Below are positions 38,205-45,850 of a DNA stretch of 64,000 nucleotides, piece by piece. Within the stretch, counting starts at the first letter, position 1, and every line of letters begins with the position of its first letter. The notes below the pieces were generated by a model, which searched no databases, was not told the DNA's origin, and saw only the letters and a list, made by a program, of their open reading frames with translations. Position numbers and translations under genes: made by a program. Source of the DNA: Candidatus Latescibacterota bacterium (lineage in GTDB: Bacteria > Latescibacterota > UBA2968 > UBA8231); the NCBI GenBank assembly GCA_965217585.1, contig OZ244561.1, positions 6,816,001 through 6,880,000 on the forward strand, in the 5' to 3' direction.

Positions 38205-38612
38205 CTACGACTTCTTCGGTCGGCGCAACCCGTACTTCCTCATGCGATAGCGCAGCTTCTCTGGGCTCATGCCCAACAAATGCGCCGCGCCCCGCTCGCC
38301 ATAGATCATCCAGGTACTCGCCCACCGGTAAGGCATTGTACGCGACCGTATCGGCGGCCGTAAACGCGCTCCATTGTTCCGCTGGACCGTGGCCTAACAG
38401 CCGATGGCTGTAGCGCATCTGCCCCGCGCCGGTGCGGAAGCTAATGCCCTGGAAGTGAATGCGGATCTCAGGCGTGCTCTCTGGGCAGGATACGGCTTCG
38501 GGCGCGGCCAAGAGGGTGCCAGCCATCACTTCGCGGATGACCAAGCGCGGCGGCGTGCGTCCCGATTGGCCGACAGCCCAACTGTTCGGCAGTAAAGTGG
38601 CGTACCTCCCGA
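38205..38612 (-). pseudogene. Remnant of a third enhancer-binding protein gene
   Basis: Three joined fragments: propeller (REVRHFTAEQ), Y_Y_Y (TPPRLVIREVMAG...LPVGEY) and HTH (MIYGERGAA...RRPKKS-stop). The AAA+ domain is missing. Confidence 0.88.
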
Positions 38613-38696
38613 GACCGCGGTGCTGCATTCATCAAGATAAGCTAGGGCTGCCTCAAGTTGAATTTTACCAGACAAATATGCTTCTTCATATATCCT

Positions 38697-39623
38697 ATGC
38701 AGCCCATTTCTTCTCCATCCTCGCCCCTCTTCCCCGGCTTTGCCGAATACCGCCTCGCCCTCGCCGACCAAGTCGAAATGGCGTATCTCGACAATGGCGG
38801 CGGGGACCACCCCCCGTTGGTGCTGCTACACGGCGTCTTTGACAACAAAGCCACGTGGTTCCGCTTGGTTGCCCGCCTTCCCGACCGCCGCATCATCGCA
38901 CCCGACTTGATCGGCCACGGGCACAGCAGCAAGCCGACCTTTGCCGCCCGCCCGGCGCACGAGCGCTACTCACCCGACATGCAGGCTGGCTACCTCGCGG
39001 CCTTTATCGCCGCACTGGACTTGGACGACGTAATCCTCTTGGGCAATTCGCTCGGCGGAGGCTTGGCCCTGCGCCTGTACCTCGACTTTCCCGCGCTCGC
39101 GGCCAAAGTGCGCGGACTAGTGCTCATCGACGCGGCCGGCTACCCGCACCAACTCCCCGTGCACGTGCGCACCCTCGGCAGCTATCCGGGCAAGCTGCTG
39201 ACCCATGCCCCGCTCCACGCCTTGGCCCGCGCATCCGGCCTGTTGGGTTTGGCTACTTGGCGCACCTTCCGGCGCTGCTTCCACGACCGCCGCAAAATCC
39301 CCCCCGAACTCGCAACGGTCGCCCGCGCCGCACTCGAGACGCCCAACGCCGCGTATGCCTACCACTACTCAGCGCGGAACCTCGTCCCCCCCGACATAGC
39401 AACGTTCCACCGGCGCTTTGGCGACATCACCTGCCCGACCTTGGTCTTGTGGGGACAGCAGGACCGCGTCCTACCGGTGCGCTCGGCCCAGCGCTTCGTC
39501 GCCGCACTTCCCCGCGCCGACCTGCACGTCTTCCCCAATTGCGGACACGCGCCCCACCTCGAATACCCCGATGAGACGGCCGCCTACATTGAGCGGTGGA
39601 TGAAAGGACACACGATGCTCTAA
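38697..39623 (+). CDS. Alpha/beta fold hydrolase
   Basis: LVLLHG, PDLIGHGHS, GNSLGG nucleophile elbow, WGQQD, CGHAPH. Start position uncertain. Confidence 0.9.
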   Translation: MQPISSPSSPLFPGFAEYRLALADQVEMAYLDNGGGDHPPLVLLHGVFDNKATWFRLVARLPDRRIIAPDLIGHGHSSKPTFAARPAHERYSPDMQAGYLAAFIAALDLDDVILLGNSLGGGLALRLYLDFPALAAKVRGLVLIDAAGYPHQLPVHVRTLGSYPGKLLTHAPLHALARASGLLGLATWRTFRRCFHDRRKIPPELATVARAALETPNAAYAYHYSARNLVPPDIATFHRRFGDITCPTLVLWGQQDRVLPVRSAQRFVAALPRADLHVFPNCGHAPHLEYPDETAAYIERWMKGHTML

Positions 39624-39737
39624 GTATTTGTTTTAATGGATTAAAGAAAATTTATCCGCGCCCCATAAACATAACTGCAACTATTCTCCACCACCGGCGT
39701 CTAAGCTACAGAAAATCTGTTGACAAGGAGCGACAAC

Positions 39738-39947
39738 ATGCCACTGTATCGCCACGTAGAAGCCTCGGGTGCCCCAGACGAGATCATCGTGATCGAGGAT
39801 CGGGGAATGCTCGGGCGTGGCCAGCCCAGTTTCGAGTTTATCGACTCGCGTACCATCAAGGCTCATCCCCTCATCGTCGAAGCCCTAATCGCTGACGCCG
39901 AGCGTTTGTGGACCCTTGAAGAAGTGCTTGCCGACGTAGAGGAGTGA
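39738..39947 (+). CDS. Small hypothetical protein
   Basis: RBS AAGGAG before MPLYRH; acidic, 69 aa. Confidence 0.55.
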   Translation: MPLYRHVEASGAPDEIIVIEDRGMLGRGQPSFEFIDSRTIKAHPLIVEALIADAERLWTLEEVLADVEE

Positions 39948-40083
39948 CGCGCTGTTCGCCCCCACAGCGCGCCACTGAGTAACACAAAAACACCTGTAGA
40001 CTATCCCCCTCCTCTTCCTCTCCCCGGCAAAAATCCAGTCCATCCCCTAGCGCGGTCGCGCCTTGGCCACATCTTCGACCTCT

Positions 40084-41481
40084 TCACGGGCTAGCGTAAT
40101 CCGGCCCGCCGACCGGCCCCAGCAGCGCGCGATTTTCCTCGGGCGTCTCCACCTCGTCGAGAAAGTCCACCAGCGCCTTTTGCATCCGCTGTGCCACCGC
40201 CGGATGCTCACCGATCACATTCTGCTGCTGCTGAGGGTCGGCCTGCATGTCGTACAGCTCGGGCGCGCCGCCGTGCTCCCCATACGCCAGGTAGGTCCAG
40301 CGCTCGTCGGTCACGGTCGGCCCGCCATTGCGGATAAAGGTCGAGCTGAAGGCGTACTGCCGCGGCCACGCTGCCGATCCGGTCAACAGCGGCACGAGCG
40401 AGTGCCCGTGCATCGCTAGGTCGCTCTTTTCCACGCCAGCTAAAGCCATCAGCGTCGGCAGCAAATCCACGGATTGCGTCAATGCGCTCACCCGCCGTCC
40501 GCCCGCGACCTCGGGGGCGGCGATCATCAGCGGGATGTGGCTGATCTCTTCGTACAGGGGCCAGACGCGCTCGTCCTCAGCGTGGATGTTGGACTTGCCC
40601 GTGCGGTTGTGCTCGCCGACGAACATGCCGTGATCCGAGGTAAAGACCACCACACTGTTGTCGAATAGCCCGAGCTCTTCAATTTTGTCCAACACGTAGC
40701 CGATCCACTTGTTGACCAAGTAAATCTCAGCCGCGTAGTGAGCTTGGAGATTGGCCAGCTCTTCTTGGGTATAGGCGGTCGCCGGGCCGTAGTTCGGGTG
40801 GATCATCGGCGGGCCGTCGTATCCCGATGAGTCGTAGCGGCCCACGAGATGTTCCGGTGGGTCCCACGGCTCGTGCGCGTCGAAAAAATCCACCCACAGC
40901 AAGAACGGCTCGCAGCCGCGATTTTCCTCCAGCCAGCGGCTCGCTGTCTGCGCCGTGCGCACGCAGAAGCGGTCCTCCTCCCAAGCCCAGTCGCGGTTGG
41001 TCCACGCATGCAGGGTCGCCAAGTTGCCAAAGCGCGTGTTCGCCAGATGCGGATCGACGCGCGTCTTCGCCCCGTCCACCTCCATGCGCGGCGGCAGATC
41101 GCCCTTCAACAGCGGCTTGTCCCCTTCCTGGCCGCGAATCCAATACGCCCCGTCAAACCCCCGGTCAAAATGGTGGACGCCCTTCATCAGATGCGGCGTG
41201 TCGCAGATAAGCTGGCTCTGATAGCTGTCCGCACCAAAAATCGTACTCAGCACCGGGATACCTGTGTCGAGGGCTTTCCAGCCGTGGAACGGAAAGCTGT
41301 AGCGGCCAGTAAAGAGGTCGGTGCGGTTGGGGATGGTCGGAAAGCTCGACAGATAGTGCCGGTCGCAGCACACCGCCCGCTCGGCAAAGCGATCGAGCGC
41401 CGCCGTGCCGATCCACGCATTGCCGTTGCACCCCAGATAGTCGTAGCGAAAGGTGTCGCTGACCAAGACGATGATGTTCAT
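40084..41481 (-). CDS. Sulfatase-like alkaline phosphatase superfamily hydrolase (Thr at the nucleophile position)
   Basis: NIIVLVSDT; FPTIPNRTDLFTGRY; DAHEPW; FTSDHG; ELYD..ADP. Confidence 0.85.
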   Translation of the reverse strand: MNIIVLVSDTFRYDYLGCNGNAWIGTAALDRFAERAVCCDRHYLSSFPTIPNRTDLFTGRYSFPFHGWKALDTGIPVLSTIFGADSYQSQLICDTPHLMKGVHHFDRGFDGAYWIRGQEGDKPLLKGDLPPRMEVDGAKTRVDPHLANTRFGNLATLHAWTNRDWAWEEDRFCVRTAQTASRWLEENRGCEPFLLWVDFFDAHEPWDPPEHLVGRYDSSGYDGPPMIHPNYGPATAYTQEELANLQAHYAAEIYLVNKWIGYVLDKIEELGLFDNSVVVFTSDHGMFVGEHNRTGKSNIHAEDERVWPLYEEISHIPLMIAAPEVAGGRRVSALTQSVDLLPTLMALAGVEKSDLAMHGHSLVPLLTGSAAWPRQYAFSSTFIRNGGPTVTDERWTYLAYGEHGGAPELYDMQADPQQQQNVIGEHPAVAQRMQKALVDFLDEVETPEENRALLGPVGGPDYASP

Positions 41482-41510
41482 AAGAAATCTGCTCCTTGTA
41501 TTTTTGCGCC

Positions 41511-42404
41511 TCACTGCGTCAGCGTGTGGCGCAACGCGCCCTCCAATTCAGGGTGCGCGAACTCGAAGCCCGCCTCCAACAGCCGCGTCGGCCGCACCCG
41601 CTGGCTGGCCAGCAACCCCTCCTCGGCCAACTCGCCCAAGAGCAGCTTGGCCGCAAACGCCGGCAGCGGCAACAGCGTCGGCCGCCGCAACACGCGCCCC
41701 AGCGTCCGCGTCAGCTCGGCATTGGTCACCGGCTGCGGCGCGGTCAGGTTCACCGGCCCGCGCAAGGCGTCGTTTTCCACGGCGTAGATCAGCGCCGCCA
41801 CTGCGTCCTCCAAGCTAATCCAGCTAACGTACTGCCGGCCATCGCCGATCTTGCCACCCACCCCTAGGCGGAAGGGCAACAGCATCTTGGCCAGCGCCCC
41901 GCCCCGACGACTCATGACGATCCCCAAGCGGGCCTGCACGACGCGGATACCAGCCTCGGCGGCCCCGGCGCTCGCCCCTTCCCACGCTCGGCCCAACTCG
42001 GCCAAAAATCCCTCACCAGTGTCGCTTTCCTCGTCCAACTCCTCGTCGCGCCGATTACCGTAAATACCGACGGCCGACGCGCAGATCAGCACCTGCGGCG
42101 GCGCGGCCAATTCCGCCAAGCGCGTAGCGAGTAGCTGCGTCGTCTGCACCCGGCTCTGGCGCAACTGCGCCTTGACAGTTGCAGTCCAGCGCCCGGCGGC
42201 GATGTTCCGCCCCCCTAAATGCACCGCCGCCTCTACCCCCTCCAAGCCCTCTTGCTCCAGCTCGCCGGCTTCTGGATCCCAGCGCAACTCTCCTTGCGCC
42301 GCCTGCCGCCGCACCAAGCGCACCACCTCGTGCCCTTCGCGCTCCAACTGGCTACAGAGCGCCGTACCGATCAAGCCGCTACTGCCCGCTACCAATATCT
42401 TCAC
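41511..42404 (-). CDS. TIGR01777-family (YfcH-like) NAD-dependent epimerase/oxidoreductase
   Basis: GSSGLIG; SRVQTT; ASAVGIYG; GDGRQYVSWI; GFEFAHPEL. Confidence 0.9.
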   Translation of the reverse strand: MKILVAGSSGLIGTALCSQLEREGHEVVRLVRRQAAQGELRWDPEAGELEQEGLEGVEAAVHLGGRNIAAGRWTATVKAQLRQSRVQTTQLLATRLAELAAPPQVLICASAVGIYGNRRDEELDEESDTGEGFLAELGRAWEGASAGAAEAGIRVVQARLGIVMSRRGGALAKMLLPFRLGVGGKIGDGRQYVSWISLEDAVAALIYAVENDALRGPVNLTAPQPVTNAELTRTLGRVLRRPTLLPLPAFAAKLLLGELAEEGLLASQRVRPTRLLEAGFEFAHPELEGALRHTLTQ

Positions 42405-42433
42405 TAGCTCCTCCTCTTGGAATCACTGCTACT

Positions 42434-42461
42434 AAAACGCATCCTTGCGCCCGATACAAGG
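42434..42461 (+). repeat. 28-bp direct repeat, left copy
   Basis: AAAACGCATCCTTGCGCCCGATACAAGG; 26/28 identical to 55232..55259. Confidence 0.8.
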
Positions 42462-42487
42462 GTTGCAGGGCTAGGGGAGTCGCAGCA

Positions 42488-44182
42488 TCACCATGCCCCT
42501 ACACCGCGGCCTTCAGTCCGGCTGTCGCCAATGGCTTCGAGTACGCCGCTGGCGGGGTAGATGCGGATTAGGCTGAAATTGCCTGCCCAGCCGCCGACCT
42601 GCACTGGCTGTCCCCGGGCCGCTAAGCCGCGCGCGACCTCTGCGGGCGTGCCCTCCTCAATGGCCAGCCGCGCTTCCTTTGACCTGAGCTTGGGCCCGTG
42701 ATAACGCCAGCGGGGCTCGGCCACGGCTGCGGCCGCGGGCATGTTGCCGTCAATCATGTTGGTGATGACCTGCAAGTTCCACTGCACCTGCCCGTAATCG
42801 CCCGGGGTGCCGCCCACCAAGATGGGCTCGCCGTCCTCGACCAAGATGAAGCTGTTGAGGGTAAACAGGGGTCTCTTGCCGCCGGCCAGCACATTCGGGC
42901 TGTGCGGATCCAAGCTGAAATCAGTCATCCGGTTGTTCATGAATATCCCCGTACCTTCGGGTATGACCGCGGCCCCGAAGCCGTTCCACAAACTCTGCAC
43001 AACCGAGACCAAATTGCCCTCTCCGTCCGCCACCGCGTAGGTCGTGGTATCGCCGCCGCGTTTTTTAGGCTGCCCCGCGGGAATTCCGCCCAAGGTGCTG
43101 CGCATGGATATATCCGCACGCCGTTCTTGGGCGTACTCCTTGGACAGCAGACGCTCCATGGGCACATCGACGAAATCCGGGTCGCCGGCAAAGGCGTAGC
43201 GGTCGGCAAAGGCCAACTTCATGGATTCCACCAAGGCGTGTATCCCATCGACCGAACGCGGTCCCATTTGCGGCAGATCGTAGCCCTCGGCGATGTTGAG
43301 GGCTTCGAGGAGCAGAAACCCCTGGGATACCAGCGGCTGCTCGTACACAGTGTAACCGCGGTACGTGGTCGCGATCGGTTCCATGAGGCGGGCCGGGTAC
43401 TCCCGGAAGTCTTCTTCGGTGAAGTAGCCGTCACCTCGCTGCGATTGGGCCAAGATCGCCGCGGCGATTTCCCCACGATAAAAGCTATCTCTCCCCCCTT
43501 CGGCTACGTGGCGCAAGGTTCGCGCCAAGTCGGGTTGGCTGAAGGAAGCGCCGATCCCCGGTGGCTGGCCCCCAGCGCCGGCCAAAAAGCGCGCTACTGA
43601 TCTGGGGAAGATCGACTCGAACCCAGCATAGCTCTTCACTCTCCGGGCAAACCAGGGCGCCACCGGCATCCGCTCAGCCAACTCAATGGCCGGCTGCAGC
43701 ACTTGGCGCAGCGACATGGTGCCGTATTCCTCGAGCATCAATGCATAGGCATCGATTTCTCCCGGCACCAAGGCCGCCGCCATCCCGCGCTGTGGCACGC
43801 CCTCCGGCACAAAGTCCTCCAACTTGGCCTTGCTGGGGGCCGGACCGGTTCCGTTGATGGCCATCACTTTGCCGCTTGCAGCGTGGTAGAGCATGATGAG
43901 GGCATGGCCGCCCAGATGGCTGTTGTCCGGTTCTACCACGTTCATGGCCGCGCCCACCGCCACCGCCGCATCAAAGGCATTGCCGCCCTCCTGGAGCACC
44001 CTCATGCCAGCATTCACGGCGAGCGGATCATTGGCTACCACGGCTCCCCTAGTGCCAAAGGCCACGTGGGGATCACTGCCTTCACAGACCTGAGGTGCGA
44101 CGGACAGGCCGGCGCACAGCCAGAGCAGGGCCAGCAAGTCCGGTCTTGCATTGCGCAGGTTCCACTCCCGGTTCATTCCCAA
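42488..44182 (-). CDS. ggt: Gamma-glutamyltransferase family protein (signal peptide)
   Basis: GGNAFDAAVA; VPG; FYRGEIA; KLAFADR; DTTTYAVAD autocleavage Thr; MNNRM; GKRP. Confidence 0.9.
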   Translation of the reverse strand: MGMNREWNLRNARPDLLALLWLCAGLSVAPQVCEGSDPHVAFGTRGAVVANDPLAVNAGMRVLQEGGNAFDAAVAVGAAMNVVEPDNSHLGGHALIMLYHAASGKVMAINGTGPAPSKAKLEDFVPEGVPQRGMAAALVPGEIDAYALMLEEYGTMSLRQVLQPAIELAERMPVAPWFARRVKSYAGFESIFPRSVARFLAGAGGQPPGIGASFSQPDLARTLRHVAEGGRDSFYRGEIAAAILAQSQRGDGYFTEEDFREYPARLMEPIATTYRGYTVYEQPLVSQGFLLLEALNIAEGYDLPQMGPRSVDGIHALVESMKLAFADRYAFAGDPDFVDVPMERLLSKEYAQERRADISMRSTLGGIPAGQPKKRGGDTTTYAVADGEGNLVSVVQSLWNGFGAAVIPEGTGIFMNNRMTDFSLDPHSPNVLAGGKRPLFTLNSFILVEDGEPILVGGTPGDYGQVQWNLQVITNMIDGNMPAAAAVAEPRWRYHGPKLRSKEARLAIEEGTPAEVARGLAARGQPVQVGGWAGNFSLIRIYPASGVLEAIGDSRTEGRGVGAW

Positions 44183-44185
44183 CTC

Positions 44186-45850
44186 CTAATTTTCAGTTTT
44201 TTCCAGCCAGCTCATGGCCTTCAACACTTGGTCGAATACCTGGACATTGGCGCTGTACTTCTCCCTGAGCGCGTGGACGAATGCCACCCGTATACTGTCC
44301 TTCTGCGCGCTCTCCAGCATCAGCTTGGCACGGAGCTTTTGCTTTTTGTCCCAAGCCAGTTGCTTTCTCTCCCTAGAGAGAACCTTGAACACAGAATAGC
44401 CTTCCTCGACCTGTACCGGTCCCACCAGTTCCCCAATCGGGGCCTCCCTGGCGCGGCGAGCCAGTTCACCAAACCTGATGCTTTCGATGCTGTGGAAGTG
44501 GAACACGCCACCCTTTCCCTCGCTTGTCTGGCGCTTTGTGTACTGGTCCGCCAGTTCGCTCATTTTCTCTCCGGCATGGATTCGCGCTTTCAACTCCAGT
44601 GCCAGTTCCGCCTCGGCGACGAGAATTTCCTGTACTGTGATTTCCGCCGCCGTCCGGAACCACTCCGGGTGCGTTTCGTAGAATCGCCGCGCCTTCTCGT
44701 CATCTATGGGACGCGCTCGCGATAACTCTTTGGCCAGCATGATTTCGACCAGTTTCTCTTCGCTGCGTCCCCGCAACTCGGCTGCGATCGCACTTACCAT
44801 CCCCTTGGTCTCGGCCTCCTGCAGGATCAATAGCTGGGGGACGACATGGCTCTCCAGCAATTGTGCGACTCTAGCGCTGTCCGCGGGCCCTCCGAGATTG
44901 CCCTTGGCCGCTCCTAGCTCAACACAGGCCTGTCTCACGGTCAGGGTATCTTTTCTTATCCTCAACACCCCCGCATCGCCCTCCGCGCCTCCATCCTTGG
45001 AGCTTCTACAACTGCCGGCAGCGTCGTAGCACAGAGCATTCCAGCCCTCTGTAATAGGCTCTACATCGCATTTTTCGCGCAAACTGTCCGCCAGGGTGTG
45101 GAAGACCTCCCTCATCCTTCTGGCGTAGAGTTCCGCGTAGACATCATCCCGCACCGCGGAAAAGCCTGCTCGCCTAGTATCGACTGCCTGGTACACCCCG
45201 TACTTGCCACCCAGTTCAAATACATCGGAGACCTCGAGTTTGTCCAGTTCGCCGGCCAACCACCTCACCTCAGGGCGCATCCTGTACTGGACGATGTAGT
45301 CCCTATTGTAGTGGCACTCTCCACCCTCCAGTTTACCCGCGACTAGCTCATTTCCGCCGGTGCAATCCTCCCACTTAAATTCGCCTTTGAACAACGCCTC
45401 CCGGTAGCTTTGCGCCGCGCTTCGCGCAGTGAAGAGGAGCACGCCCAACTGCACTGCCCTGTCGCACTGAGTGCTCTCGCAGTAGCGACGCAACTCCGCG
45501 TCGCCAATTTCCAGCGCCGGCCCCGCACTGGCCTCCACCACCTTCCAAATCGCCGGATTGTGCACGGTCTGTCGGTGCCACCTCAGGTAGTCCAGATCGT
45601 CCTCTAGGTTTCTGGCGCGGGCCTCGTGCACCAGTAACTTCCGGTCGATCAGAGGCTGGAGGTATTCGCGCGGCCGATCCCCGGCCGCTCCGGAGACCCT
45701 CAGCTCCTCCGGCAGGTTGTGCACGTAGCGCCGCACCTGCTCCGCAGTAATCGGCTCCTCGAAAACCCTCGCCGCCACATTCTCCTGTGGCATATTGCGG
45801 CTGCAGGCGACCGTGCTGAAGAGCAGCAACATGAGCCTGGACAAGACCAT
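44186..45850 (-). CDS. Parvulin/PpiC-type peptidylprolyl isomerase lipoprotein (SurA/PrsA-like chaperone)
   Basis: Lipobox TVAC; ITVQEILV...MSELADQYT...KGG...GELVGPV...GYSVFKV. Confidence 0.8.
   Translation of the reverse strand: MVLSRLMLLLFSTVACSRNMPQENVAARVFEEPITAEQVRRYVHNLPEELRVSGAAGDRPREYLQPLIDRKLLVHEARARNLEDDLDYLRWHRQTVHNPAIWKVVEASAGPALEIGDAELRRYCESTQCDRAVQLGVLLFTARSAAQSYREALFKGEFKWEDCTGGNELVAGKLEGGECHYNRDYIVQYRMRPEVRWLAGELDKLEVSDVFELGGKYGVYQAVDTRRAGFSAVRDDVYAELYARRMREVFHTLADSLREKCDVEPITEGWNALCYDAAGSCRSSKDGGAEGDAGVLRIRKDTLTVRQACVELGAAKGNLGGPADSARVAQLLESHVVPQLLILQEAETKGMVSAIAAELRGRSEEKLVEIMLAKELSRARPIDDEKARRFYETHPEWFRTAAEITVQEILVAEAELALELKARIHAGEKMSELADQYTKRQTSEGKGGVFHFHSIESIRFGELARRAREAPIGELVGPVQVEEGYSVFKVLSRERKQLAWDKKQKLRAKLMLESAQKDSIRVAFVHALREKYSANVQVFDQVLKAMSWLEKTEN

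Noticed and set aside
440-38600. Numerous plus-strand ORFs (for example 20120..21169, 29069..29917, 32043..32888, 34079..34900)
   Set aside because: Antisense shadows of GC-rich genes; they recur only because the sense genes are paralogous.
1-38671. Diversity-generating retroelement behind the paralog variation
   Set aside because: No reverse transcriptase, and no template/variable repeat pair with adenine-specific differences was evident.
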